Source: Bacteroidia bacterium | GTDB taxonomy: Bacteria; Bacteroidota; Bacteroidia; B-17B0; Aurantibacillaceae | NCBI GenBank assembly: GCA_965229165.1 | Contig: OZ245863.1 | Location: 1,750,387 to 1,814,386, forward strand | Reading direction: 5' to 3' | DNA: 64,000 nt | Shown here: one piece after another, positions 30,456 to 40,400 of the stretch | How the letters are laid out: every line of letters begins with the position of its first letter | Numbering within the stretch: the stretch's first letter is position 1 | Position numbers and translations under genes: made by a program | The notes under the pieces: model-generated | Databases searched by the model: none | What the model was told of the DNA's origin: nothing | The model's input: only the letters and a program-made list of their open reading frames with translations

Positions 30456-31340
30456 TTATAACGGATCAATCTTAATTGACGTCATTGAAAACGAACCGCC
30501 TACTAAGGCATCATTAAAAAAAGTTACGTTTTCGTTTTTAGTGCGTAATGCTACAGTGTAAATTAAGGGTAAATAATGCTCGGCTGTAGGTGCCGAAAGT
30601 TGTAAGGCTTTACTGTAATTTTTGTAATCTATTAACGATTTGAAATCGTTTTGGCTAATTAATTTTTTAAAACTTTCGTTGGCTTCAATTGCCCAATCTA
30701 AGCCAAAATGAGTGTTAAAATCACCCTTCATCTGTGCATACCCAAAATTATGCACCATGTTACCGCTTCCAATTATTAATACGCCTTTTTTTCGTAACGA
30801 GGCCAATTCTTGCGCTAAGTCGTAATGGTACTGTGCTTCTTTAGTATAATCGATACTTAACTGTACTAAAGGTATATCTGCATTGGGGTATATATGTTTT
30901 AAAATACTCCAGCTACCGTGGTCAAAACCCCATGTCTCATCTAGGCCCACTTTAGTTTTTGTAAGTGCATTTTTCGTTTCTTCCGCAAGCCATTTACTAC
31001 CGGGTGCGGGATACTGTACATTAAATAACGTTTGAGGAAAACCACCAAAATCGTGTAGTGTTTTTGGCTTTTCCATAGCGGTAACAAAAGTGCCTTTCGT
31101 TTCCCAATGTGCCGAAATACATAGTATAGCGGTGGGTTTGGGCAAGGTTTTGGCTATTGTTCTCCATCCTTTGCTAAATTCGTTATCTTCAATAGCATTC
31201 ATTGGCGAACCATGCCCAATAAACAGAACAGGCATTAATGTATTTTGTGTTTTTAAAGTATCTGTAAAATTTTTAAACGAACTTAAACTTGTCATAGCCG
31301 ATAAACTTAAAAGCGATTTTATAAATGTTTTGCGCTGCAT
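30456..31340 (-). CDS. ygiD: 4,5-DOPA dioxygenase, extradiol (LigB family)
   Basis: FIGHGSPMNA, ISAHW, HDFGGFP, GFDHG, SGNMVHN, PTAEHYLPL. Confidence 0.92.
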   Translation of the reverse strand: MQRKTFIKSLLSLSAMTSLSSFKNFTDTLKTQNTLMPVLFIGHGSPMNAIEDNEFSKGWRTIAKTLPKPTAILCISAHWETKGTFVTAMEKPKTLHDFGGFPQTLFNVQYPAPGSKWLAEETKNALTKTKVGLDETWGFDHGSWSILKHIYPNADIPLVQLSIDYTKEAQYHYDLAQELASLRKKGVLIIGSGNMVHNFGYAQMKGDFNTHFGLDWAIEANESFKKLISQNDFKSLIDYKNYSKALQLSAPTAEHYLPLIYTVALRTKNENVTFFNDALVGGSFSMTSIKIDPL

Positions 31341-31431
31341 AGTATACCACTAATGTATTACTATTTTAGGATTACTAAAATTAAAAAATGTAAAAATAAT
31401 TTGGTGACACGTTACATACAACGCACGTTAC

Positions 31432-32004
31432 CTAACACAGTTGTTTATAAATATCTAAAACCTGCGTTATAATAAATTCGGTTTCGTTATTATAAATTAT
31501 AAAATGGCTTTGTTTTATTTTGTCTTCTTGTAAATGTTGGCTATTTATTTTTTTTATAACTTCTTCTTGGCTTAAGGTATCGCGCAGCATGGTACGTTTA
31601 ATGCGTATTGCATCATCAGCAACTACGAGTATAATTTTATCTACGTCAGCAAACAAACCGGTTTCAAACAAAAGGGCAGTTTCTTTAATAACAAGTTGGT
31701 TGGCGTTATTTTTTTTAAATTGCTCAAATTTATTTTTTACTGCCGGATGTATAATGGCATTTAGTTTGTCTAATAGATTTTTATTTGAAAAAATTTTAGA
31801 ACTTATATACTTTTTATTAAGTGTTGTTGCGTTTAAATAGGTTTCATTACCTAAAAGCGCTATTACTTGCGATTTTATATCTTCATCAAAATAACACTGT
31901 TTGGCAACAGCGTCGCTATTAAATACTTTACAACCTAAAAGCTCAAAAACTTTAGCTACAGTGCTTTTACCACTTCCAATGCCACCTGTTAAACCTACTA
32001 CCAT
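31432..32004 (-). CDS. coaE: Dephospho-CoA kinase
   Basis: GLTGGIGSGKST; LNAIIHPAV; ETALLFE. Confidence 0.96.
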   Translation of the reverse strand: MVVGLTGGIGSGKSTVAKVFELLGCKVFNSDAVAKQCYFDEDIKSQVIALLGNETYLNATTLNKKYISSKIFSNKNLLDKLNAIIHPAVKNKFEQFKKNNANQLVIKETALLFETGLFADVDKIILVVADDAIRIKRTMLRDTLSQEEVIKKINSQHLQEDKIKQSHFIIYNNETEFIITQVLDIYKQLC

Positions 32005-32006
32005 AC

Positions 32007-32894
32007 TTATTTTATTAATAATAGTTCTACTTCCTTTGGTTCAATAGTTAACACCGTAATGTTACTGGGTAAAGTGCTTAATACTATAGGCTGTTTATTT
32101 GTTGAAGTGTTTTTTGTTGCGTTTACAGTTGCCTTAAAATAAACAGTATCGGCTATGTTAAATGTATTTTGAATACTTGTAAATTTAATTTTAACTTTTT
32201 GTGGGTAAATATTTACGTGTTTAAAGTTATCTGAATTTAAAATGCTAATGGGTATGTAAATACTTTGTTCAATGAGTTTATCAACTTCAATGGTTACATT
32301 AACTTTTGATTGATTAAAATTAATACTACTTGTTGGTTTTATAAGTACTAATTCTTTAGCAAAGGTTGTGTTTACATTTGTAATCGTTACCGCTTCGGTA
32401 TAAATCGTATCTATGTTTTTAAGTAGTACCGTATCGCCCCAAATACTTATGTTAGAAGGGTTTATTTGTGGTTTTTTGTATCCAAAACCTTGTTGGCATT
32501 TTAATTGCAAAGGCACTTTTACGATTACATTTTTTTGAAAACCACTTCGTTCAGTAAAATACAAGGTATCGGGGCTAATTTGTTTTATTTGCGTTTCAAA
32601 TTTTAAAATGGGCTTAAAGTTGATTGTAGTTGCTGATAGAATATAGTTTAACTGTTTATTAGCTGTTTTTAAATCGTTAAAATCAACTTCAATAGTTTTT
32701 GATTGATTAAATAAAATAAAAAACAATTTAAGGCCACTTGCTTTAATATCAATACTTAATTTTGAAGGTAAATCGTTTAAAGCAACTTTGTTTTGAGGTA
32801 TGTTTTTAAAAACAACGGGTACATTTATAGTGTGTGAATACACTGTATTTAAAGCATGCACAAACCATAAAATAGTAGCAATAATAAAGCACAC
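32007..32894 (-). CDS. YbbR/CdaR-like protein; start probably further upstream
   Basis: N-terminal TM anchor plus YbbR-like repeats; lies between yajC and coaE; frame stays open upstream of 32894. Confidence 0.75.
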   Translation of the reverse strand: MCFIIATILWFVHALNTVYSHTINVPVVFKNIPQNKVALNDLPSKLSIDIKASGLKLFFILFNQSKTIEVDFNDLKTANKQLNYILSATTINFKPILKFETQIKQISPDTLYFTERSGFQKNVIVKVPLQLKCQQGFGYKKPQINPSNISIWGDTVLLKNIDTIYTEAVTITNVNTTFAKELVLIKPTSSINFNQSKVNVTIEVDKLIEQSIYIPISILNSDNFKHVNIYPQKVKIKFTSIQNTFNIADTVYFKATVNATKNTSTNKQPIVLSTLPSNITVLTIEPKEVELLLIK

Positions 32895-32971
32895 AAAAAA
32901 AGCCGTAGTTTTACTCGGCTTTTTTTGTGTGTTTGCATATTTTGTTAATTCCTTATTCAGAATTTTAGTGA

Positions 32972-33292
32972 TTAGCTTTGAGGTATAGTAGCGGTTGCAT
33001 CTTGCGATACAGCATTTTTAGAAATTTTCATCTTACTTCCATCTTCTACTTCCATTATAATAGTAGCGTCTTCCTTTACCTCAACAATTTTACCATAAAT
33101 ACCACCAATGGTTAATATTTTATCGCCTTTTTTTAACTCAGAAATATATTTTTTTTGATCTTTTGCTTTTTTCATTTGAGGGCGTATCATAAAAAAATAA
33201 AATACCACTACTATGGCTACTAAAGGTAAAAACGACATAATGCCGCCTTGTTGCTGCCCACCAGCCATTAAAATTACTAATTGATTTATCAT
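32972..33292 (-). CDS. yajC: Preprotein translocase subunit YajC
   Basis: FYFFMIRPQ.KK; LKKGDKILTIGGIYGKI. Confidence 0.96.
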   Translation of the reverse strand: MINQLVILMAGGQQQGGIMSFLPLVAIVVVFYFFMIRPQMKKAKDQKKYISELKKGDKILTIGGIYGKIVEVKEDATIIMEVEDGSKMKISKNAVSQDATATIPQS

Positions 33293-33349
33293 GTTTGTTT
33301 TTTGTTTATTTGTTGTTTCTAATTATATCTAATAACTATTGCCTATTAA

Positions 33350-33805
33350 CTACTTAGCAGTTTCGGGTACAATAACTTCTGCTTTTATTTTTATAATACG
33401 TGTAGCCGGCTCGCAGTTGGTAACAAGCGTTACGGTTTTTTCTTGCATCCCGCTTTTGCCTTCGCTATTAAATACTACATCAATTTTACTTTGTGCCCCT
33501 TCCTTTATAGGCTCTTTTGGCCACTCGGGTATTGTGCAACCACAACTGCCGTTAGCGCCACTAATTATTAAATTTTTATTACCCGTGTTTTTAAATATAA
33601 ACGAATGGCTTACCCTTTCTCCCTGAGTAATTTTTCCAAAATCAAACACTTCTTCTTCAAACTTAATTTCGGGTAAGTTAGCACCATTACTGCCATTTGC
33701 TGTTTGCGAATTGTTTACGACATCGGATGTAATTGCTTTTTCGCTCGTGTTATTATTGCACGAAAAAAATAATAAAAAAGAAGCTAAAATTAATAAACGG
33801 TTCAT
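33350..33805 (-). CDS. DUF1573 lipoprotein
   Basis: Lipobox FFSC; FDFGKI, F.FKNTG..NL.I, SCGCTIP. Confidence 0.9.
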   Translation of the reverse strand: MNRLLILASFLLFFSCNNNTSEKAITSDVVNNSQTANGSNGANLPEIKFEEEVFDFGKITQGERVSHSFIFKNTGNKNLIISGANGSCGCTIPEWPKEPIKEGAQSKIDVVFNSEGKSGMQEKTVTLVTNCEPATRIIKIKAEVIVPETAK

Positions 33806-33893
33806 AATAAAAATTGTGCAAATATAAGCAGATTGTGGTGGTATTAAAACAAAAAAATCTCAAAATTAATGAGATTTTTTGTTTTTTTAGGAT

Positions 33894-34814
33894 TTAGAAT
33901 TTGGCGCGTATTTTACGCATTTTACGTTTTTTTCCTCTACCAAAAAAGCTGCCTTTTTGGCGAGAACGGTAAAAACTACTTTTTCCTCTAATCACATAAC
34001 TGTAACTGAGACTTAAGGTCATATAAGCATCTTTATGTGTTTTATCGCCACGTTTACTACCCCAAGTATGGGACAAATAAGCGCCTTTATTATCATTAAT
34101 TTCAGATGCAGGCAATTCATTTGTTCTAATAATTAAACCTTGTGTATAAGCATCTGCCGGAATAGTTGTTGGATAGTTACCGCTTATATCATCAATATAA
34201 TCAGTAAATGTTTTGCGATAATTGGCTTCAAAACCTAAACGGTGCTTTTTATCAAATGTAAAATAAAAACCTACACCCATTGGAATGTTTAATACAATTT
34301 TTTTATAGGCATAGCCCTCTGTTTGATAATCTCTTAATTTTACCCATTCGCCTTTGTATAATGTTTTTGGGTTGGTATAAAAACCACCTACACCACCAAA
34401 AACGTAGGCTCGGAAACCGTTTTTATAACGGTAGGTATTTCCTAAGTCGTTATTTTCGTAAAAGAAAAACTCGCCGGTTAAACCTAAATCTATTATATCG
34501 TTTTTAAAGTTAAAGTTTCTAAAATGTCTTCCTGGGTTTGAAGATAATTTATCGTCACCTTGTATTCTAACGTAATCTAGGGCTAATTTTGTAGATAGTT
34601 TTGGACCTAGTTTATATCTTACGAACGCTCCGCCATTCCAACGCGTTTGTGATATTTTTAAATCTGCAACAAAGTCTCTACGTGTTTTTTCTTTACCACC
34701 AATATCACCTAAATAATTAGTTGCTCCAACGGATACACCATAATCCCAAAGCCACTGTGCTTTATAAGAATAGGATAATAGTAAAACAAAAAATAATAGT
34801 ATAAATTTTTTCAT
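33894..34814 (-). CDS. Outer-membrane beta-barrel protein (PorT/DUF6089-like)
   Basis: NYLGDIGG, alternating beta strands, RKTFTDYIDD, RG...KDAY. Confidence 0.78.
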   Translation of the reverse strand: MKKFILLFFVLLLSYSYKAQWLWDYGVSVGATNYLGDIGGKEKTRRDFVADLKISQTRWNGGAFVRYKLGPKLSTKLALDYVRIQGDDKLSSNPGRHFRNFNFKNDIIDLGLTGEFFFYENNDLGNTYRYKNGFRAYVFGGVGGFYTNPKTLYKGEWVKLRDYQTEGYAYKKIVLNIPMGVGFYFTFDKKHRLGFEANYRKTFTDYIDDISGNYPTTIPADAYTQGLIIRTNELPASEINDNKGAYLSHTWGSKRGDKTHKDAYMTLSLSYSYVIRGKSSFYRSRQKGSFFGRGKKRKMRKIRAKF

Positions 34815-34899
34815 TAAATGTAATTGTTACAATATCTTTCAAATATACGTAAAAAATGTTTTAAAAAGTAAATTTTATTTAAAAACAGCAGTTTTTTTG

Positions 34900-35910
34900 T
34901 TAAAACGTATTTACACCTTGCACAGTTGTATACTTCATGGTGTATTTTACACCAGGGTTCATGTATTTATAAGCACTGTGGCTCATCAAAGCGGCTTCGT
35001 GAAAGCCACATAAAATTAACTTTAATTTGTTTTTATAACTGTTTATGTCTCCAATAGCATAAATACCAGCAATGTTTGTGCTGTAATCCTCGGTATTTAC
35101 TTCTATTGCATTTTTATCTAAATTTAATCCCCAGTTTTCAATTGGGCCTAATTTTGGACTTAAACCAAATAAAGGAATTAAATTAGATGTGGTTATTTGT
35201 GTTTTTTGTTGTGTTATAAGGTTAATAATCTCAACGCCTTCTAACACGTTATCGCCTGAAAGAGAAGCAATTGCAGAATTTAGAAGCAATTTTATTTTAC
35301 CGGCTTCGGCTAATTGCATTACTTTATTTACACTATCGGGCGCTCCCCTAAAACTTTCACTTCGGTGTACTAACGTTAACTCGCTGCATACATCACTTAA
35401 AAAAATTGCCCAATCTAATGCACTATCGCCACCACCTGCAATTAACATCGTTTGATTACGGTATTTTTCTGGGTCTAAAATCATGTAATTAATGCCCTTA
35501 CCATTTTCATAGGCCTCTAAATTTAACACGTCGGGTTTTCGAGGTTCAAAACAGCCCAAGCCACCTGCAATTACAACTACTTTAGCATTAATAACTGTAC
35601 CCATATTGGTAGTTAAAACAAAATCACATTCATTTCGCTTTTCTAACGTTTCAATACGTTCGCCTAAAGTAAAGGTGGGATGAAAAGGCTCTGCTTGTTT
35701 TTTTAAATTAGCAATTAATTCTTCAGCCAAAATAGATGGAAAGCCTGGTATGTCGTAAATTGGCTTTTTAGGGTAAATTTCTGATAACTGCCCTCCAATT
35801 TGAGGTAAATAATCAACCAAATGGCAACGCATTTTAAGTAAACCAGCTTCAAAAATGGCAAATAATCCAACAGGACCTGCCCCAACAATTACAATATCGG
35901 TATTAATCAT
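34900..35910 (-). CDS. Ferredoxin-NADP+ reductase (thioredoxin-reductase type)
   Basis: GAGPVG, GGQLSEIYPKKPIYDIPG, GGGDSALDW, KLKLILCGFHEA. Confidence 0.92.
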   Translation of the reverse strand: MINTDIVIVGAGPVGLFAIFEAGLLKMRCHLVDYLPQIGGQLSEIYPKKPIYDIPGFPSILAEELIANLKKQAEPFHPTFTLGERIETLEKRNECDFVLTTNMGTVINAKVVVIAGGLGCFEPRKPDVLNLEAYENGKGINYMILDPEKYRNQTMLIAGGGDSALDWAIFLSDVCSELTLVHRSESFRGAPDSVNKVMQLAEAGKIKLLLNSAIASLSGDNVLEGVEIINLITQQKTQITTSNLIPLFGLSPKLGPIENWGLNLDKNAIEVNTEDYSTNIAGIYAIGDINSYKNKLKLILCGFHEAALMSHSAYKYMNPGVKYTMKYTTVQGVNTF

Positions 35911-36021
35911 TTAATTTTTTTACAAAAGTAGGTTAAAATAATTATTGTTAAAACTTAAAATTTTGTAAATTGTTTAATGATTTTTTATTTATCTTTAAAC
36001 AATTATTTAAAAAAAAAGATT

Positions 36022-38226
36022 ATGAAAAAACAGTTATTTACAATTTTAAGCATTGCAACAGTTTCTGTGGCAACTGCGCAAACTCCAAGCCCAAGTTTTC
36101 CAACCTTACAAAATACAAGTTATTCAATGGCACCAAGTGCAAATTGTAAATTTTTAGACGTTGTAAGTTCAACTGTTGTTTGGGGAGTAGGACGAAGCGG
36201 TGTTGCCGTTTCTCAAAACCACAATGATTTTACACGTACAATAAATGGTGGAACTTCGTTTAATACAGGTAAAATTTATTCAGATACAACTACATATGTA
36301 ATTGCTAATTTAGAGGGTATTGATGCGAATACTGCATGGGTTTCAGCCTATTTAAAAGGCCCTCAAGCACAAGGTGCAATTCATAGAACTACAAATGGTG
36401 GAGCTAATTGGATTAATATGACTGCTTCGAATATGTACACTAACGCAGCTTCATTTGCGAACATCATAACGTTTGTAACCCCTTCAATAGGGATTACCAT
36501 GGGCGACCCTCATTCGGGTAATGCAAATGAATTTGAAATTTGGAGAACAGTGGATGCTGGTGTTAACTGGACATTAATTTCAGGTGCAAATATTCCAAAC
36601 CCAACCGCTGGCGAGTACGGCTTAGTAGATGTGTATTGCAAACAAGGCACCTCAAACATTTGGTACGGTACTAACAAAGGGCGTATTTTCCGCACAACGG
36701 ATGCTGGTTTAACATGGAATGCAGCAGTATTACCAGGTTCGCCAACAGCAAGTTTAAATGTACAAGGCATTGCATTTACAACGCCTTTAAATGGTATGGC
36801 TACTGTTTTTAATACAGCTACAACATTACTAGAAGAATATACTACAAATAATGGTGGTGTTTCTTGGACACAATTAGGATCGATTGACCCTAATTTTGGT
36901 AGAAATGATTTTTGTGCAATACCAGGTACGAATGTTTTTGCAAGTTGCGCTAATACGCCAACAGTAACTAATTCTGGTTTATCTTATTCAACTGATGGTG
37001 GTGTTACTTGGACTTTATGGGGCTCGAACGCAATTGGTTACTTAACTATTGATTTTGCTGATCCTACAAGTGGTTGGGTGAGTACTTTTCAAACAGCTAC
37101 CGTTGGATTAACTGGCGGTATTTATAAATACACTGGTCCATCGTTAGCAGGTTCTGTTGCTCCAACTGCCGCTTTTTTTGCACCTCCAACACTTTGTTTA
37201 TCTGGCCCGTCAGCTACGGCAGCCTTAACAAACGTTTCTACAGGTAGTGCAACACCTAATTATACTTGGACTTGCTCTCCGGCAGCTGTTTTTTCAAGTT
37301 CAACTGCTACAAGCCCAACTATTACATTTAATGGTGCAAATACATATACTGTTACATTATTAGCTGCTAATATCACGGGTACAAATTCTACCACGCAGGT
37401 TGTTAATGTAATAAATTGTTCTTCTCCAAGTGCAGCATTTTCAATTCCTACAACTACTTTATGTAACAAAGTAGCTGTTAGCTTTACCAATACTACAACT
37501 GGTAATCCTACTCCAACTTATTCTTGGAGCACTTCGCCTGCAACAAATGTTACAATTTCTCCAAATTCAACGGCTACAAGCCCATCTATTACTTTCTCTA
37601 CTGCGGGTGTTTATTCAGTTACCCTTTTAGCAAGTAATTTAGGTGGTACCAATCAAGTAACTCAAGTAGTAACTATTGCAAATTGCGCAGCAATATCTAA
37701 CTTTAATATTCCTGCTTTAGGCCAAGCTTGTGGTACATTAACGCCTCTTACACCTACAAATACATCAACTGGTAATGGTACTTTAACGTATACATGGTCT
37801 GTAGTACCAAATACCGGCATTACTTTTTCGCCAAATAGTGCAGCTGCTAACCCAAACATTAATTTTACAACAGCAGGTATTTATACGGTTAATTTAATTG
37901 CTAATAATATTTCGGGTAACACGGTATCTTCTCAAACTGTTAATATTGGTATTTGTAGTGGCATAGCTAATAACAGCCTATTAGCAAATAATGTTAGTTT
38001 ATACCCTAACCCTACTAAAGATGTAGTAACACTTATTTTACCAAATAATGGTGTAGCTTACAATGTAAGTATTACTGATATTTTAGGTTCGGTTATTTAC
38101 ACCGAAAAATTTGAAAAAAATAGTAACGCTTTACAAATTAATTTAGCTAATAAAGCAAAAGGTGTTTATTTTATTACTATTGAAGGGAATAAAGAAAAAA
38201 CTACTAAAAAAATTATCGTAGAATAA
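36022..38226 (+). CDS. T9SS-secreted protein with BNR/YCF48-like propeller and three PKD-like domains
   Basis: Start likely 36022; BNR motifs RT.DGG..W; Thr/Ser-rich PKD-like repeats; C-terminal YPNP...KGVYF sorting domain. Confidence 0.88.
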   Translation: MKKQLFTILSIATVSVATAQTPSPSFPTLQNTSYSMAPSANCKFLDVVSSTVVWGVGRSGVAVSQNHNDFTRTINGGTSFNTGKIYSDTTTYVIANLEGIDANTAWVSAYLKGPQAQGAIHRTTNGGANWINMTASNMYTNAASFANIITFVTPSIGITMGDPHSGNANEFEIWRTVDAGVNWTLISGANIPNPTAGEYGLVDVYCKQGTSNIWYGTNKGRIFRTTDAGLTWNAAVLPGSPTASLNVQGIAFTTPLNGMATVFNTATTLLEEYTTNNGGVSWTQLGSIDPNFGRNDFCAIPGTNVFASCANTPTVTNSGLSYSTDGGVTWTLWGSNAIGYLTIDFADPTSGWVSTFQTATVGLTGGIYKYTGPSLAGSVAPTAAFFAPPTLCLSGPSATAALTNVSTGSATPNYTWTCSPAAVFSSSTATSPTITFNGANTYTVTLLAANITGTNSTTQVVNVINCSSPSAAFSIPTTTLCNKVAVSFTNTTTGNPTPTYSWSTSPATNVTISPNSTATSPSITFSTAGVYSVTLLASNLGGTNQVTQVVTIANCAAISNFNIPALGQACGTLTPLTPTNTSTGNGTLTYTWSVVPNTGITFSPNSAAANPNINFTTAGIYTVNLIANNISGNTVSSQTVNIGICSGIANNSLLANNVSLYPNPTKDVVTLILPNNGVAYNVSITDILGSVIYTEKFEKNSNALQINLANKAKGVYFITIEGNKEKTTKKIIVE

Positions 38227-38249
38227 TTTTTTAATTCTTTTATTAATTT

Positions 38250-38283
38250 AAAGGCTGTCTATAAACTATAGACAGCCTTTTTT
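38250..38283 (+). terminator. Intrinsic terminator
   Basis: AAAGGCTGTCTATA-AAC-TATAGACAGCCTTT followed by a T run. Confidence 0.85.
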
Positions 38284-38364
38284 GTTAAACTACCAAAGTT
38301 AAAATTAGTTATAATTGTAAGTATTACAATTGCTCATCGTATATTGTAATATAAAACTAAATGT

Positions 38365-39033
38365 ATGAGCCATTCTAAATTAACTATTAAAACTATAATT
38401 AGCCTTTTATCAATTACTTTTTTTACAAGTGCTTGCGGACAAACTAAAACAAAAACTATGAACACAGAAGACAAAACAATCACTAAAACCACAACTTCAA
38501 ATATTGATACTGCAACTTTGGGCGCCGGTTGTTTTTGGTGTGTTGAAGCCGTTTTTCAAAGACTAGATGGAGTATTAACTGTAAAAAGTGGCTACAGCGG
38601 AGGTAGTGTAAAAAACCCGTCGTATCGCGAGGTATGCGAAGGAACAACAGGACACGCAGAGGTTTGCCAAATTACTTACGATAAAACAAAAGTAACTTTT
38701 GACGAAATTTTAGAAGTGTTTTGGAAAACCCACGACCCCACTACTTTAAATCGCCAAGGGAATGATTTTGGTACCCAATACCGCTCGGCTATTTTTTATC
38801 ATAACGCTGAACAAAAACAAATTGCCGAAAAGTATAAAGCTGAAATTAATGCAAGTGGTGCCTACCCAAAACCAATAATTACCGAAATAACGGCACTTAC
38901 AAATTATTATCCTGCAGAAGATTACCACCAAAATTATTTTAATCAAAACGGTAACGAGGGGTATTGTAAGTATGTGATACAACCCAAAGTAGAAAAATTT
39001 GAAAAAATTTTTAAATCAAAAATGAAACATTAA
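38365..39033 (+). CDS. msrA: Peptide methionine sulfoxide reductase A with N-terminal export signal
   Basis: GCFWC, GHAE, HDPT, GTQYRS, AEDYHQNY. Confidence 0.96.
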   Translation: MSHSKLTIKTIISLLSITFFTSACGQTKTKTMNTEDKTITKTTTSNIDTATLGAGCFWCVEAVFQRLDGVLTVKSGYSGGSVKNPSYREVCEGTTGHAEVCQITYDKTKVTFDEILEVFWKTHDPTTLNRQGNDFGTQYRSAIFYHNAEQKQIAEKYKAEINASGAYPKPIITEITALTNYYPAEDYHQNYFNQNGNEGYCKYVIQPKVEKFEKIFKSKMKH

Positions 39034-40397
39034 TTTGAAGATGAAACCGCTTTTTGTTTTCCAACAAACAACAAGCCCATAAAACCAATTACAAAAAATA
39101 AAATTAACGATAATACTGCGGGGCGCATACCACCAACTATTTCGCTAATAATACCAAAGGAAACGGTGCCAATTATCATTCCTAACTTTTCCATTACATC
39201 GTAAAAGCTAAAAAAACTGGTGTGATCGTTGGTTTGGGGTAAAAATTTACTGTATGTACTGCGCGAAAGTGCTTGAATACCGCCCATTACAAATCCTACT
39301 AAAAAAGCTACTATGTAAAAATGAATCGGTAATCGAACTACTGCAAAGGTAAATGTGCAAATAAAAATCCAAATAAAAATAGCCACCATTAATGATTTTA
39401 TATTACCAATTTTGGCCGACATGCCCGAAAATAGATAGGAACCAGCAATACCCACAAATTGTATAATTAAAATGCTAATAATTAACGAGGTTGTTTCCGC
39501 TTTTTCGGCGGCTTCGCCAGTCCCCCAATCAATCTCATTTCGAGCAAATAATACAGCAACCACCATTACGGTTTGCACCCCCATATTGTAAAAAAAGTAA
39601 CTAAACAAAAAACGTTTTAATTGTTGTAAGTGTTTAATTTGTTTTGATACGCTTATTAATTCCCTAAAGCCTTTTGATATTAATCCTTTTTTATCAGTGG
39701 TATCGTTTTTGTGTAATAGATTTGGCAAGTGTTTAAAGGTATATTGTGCAAAACCTATCCACCAAATACCTACTAGTAAAAACGAATACTTTACCTTAAA
39801 AAATCCTTTGGTTACCAACACACCATTAACCTCCGTTTCTTCATATTTAAAAACCATAATTCCTACAAGGCATACAATTAGTAATAAGGAACTGCCTAAA
39901 TAACCCAATGCAAAGCCTTTAGCACTTACTTTATCTTGATTTTGCTCGCTCGCAATTTCGGGCAAGTAGGAGTTATAATATACCAAACTGCCCCAAAAAC
40001 CAATGGTAGCAGTTATAAATGGAATAAAACTTAACTCTAAATTTTCTCTGTTAAAAAAGAACAAACACATGCACGAACCGGCGCCCAAGTAACAAAAAAA
40101 TTGAAGGAACCGTTTTTTGTTGCCTAAGTAATCGGCAATTCCACTAAGCACAGGAGTTATCAGCACAACAATAGCTAACGCAAAGGCATATACAAATGAA
40201 TAAATATTTTGATTTTCGAACGATATTCCAAAAAACTGAACCGTTTTTCCAATAAACTCTTTACCGTTATGAGACGTTACATAATCGTAAAAGTTAGGAA
40301 AGATGGCAGAAGTAATAACTAAGGGAAACACCGAGTTTGCCCAATCGTAAAAGGCCCAGGCTTTTATCGTTTTTTTGTCGTCTTTTAATAATTCCAT
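39030..40397 (-). CDS. MFS transporter (UMF1/Atg22-like)
   Basis: WAFYDWANS, YNSYLPEIA, QALSRSTYSK; about 12 TM segments. Confidence 0.9.
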   Translation of the reverse strand: MELLKDDKKTIKAWAFYDWANSVFPLVITSAIFPNFYDYVTSHNGKEFIGKTVQFFGISFENQNIYSFVYAFALAIVVLITPVLSGIADYLGNKKRFLQFFCYLGAGSCMCLFFFNRENLELSFIPFITATIGFWGSLVYYNSYLPEIASEQNQDKVSAKGFALGYLGSSLLLIVCLVGIMVFKYEETEVNGVLVTKGFFKVKYSFLLVGIWWIGFAQYTFKHLPNLLHKNDTTDKKGLISKGFRELISVSKQIKHLQQLKRFLFSYFFYNMGVQTVMVVAVLFARNEIDWGTGEAAEKAETTSLIISILIIQFVGIAGSYLFSGMSAKIGNIKSLMVAIFIWIFICTFTFAVVRLPIHFYIVAFLVGFVMGGIQALSRSTYSKFLPQTNDHTSFFSFYDVMEKLGMIIGTVSFGIISEIVGGMRPAVLSLILFFVIGFMGLLFVGKQKAVSSSN

Positions 40398-40400
40398 TAT

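Noticed and set aside
32895-32960. Homopolymer frameshift at the start of the YbbR-like gene (out-of-frame ATG at 32938)
   Set aside because: The gene's own frame stays open upstream (…LNKELTKYANTQKKPSKTT…), so a non-ATG start explains it without a frameshift.
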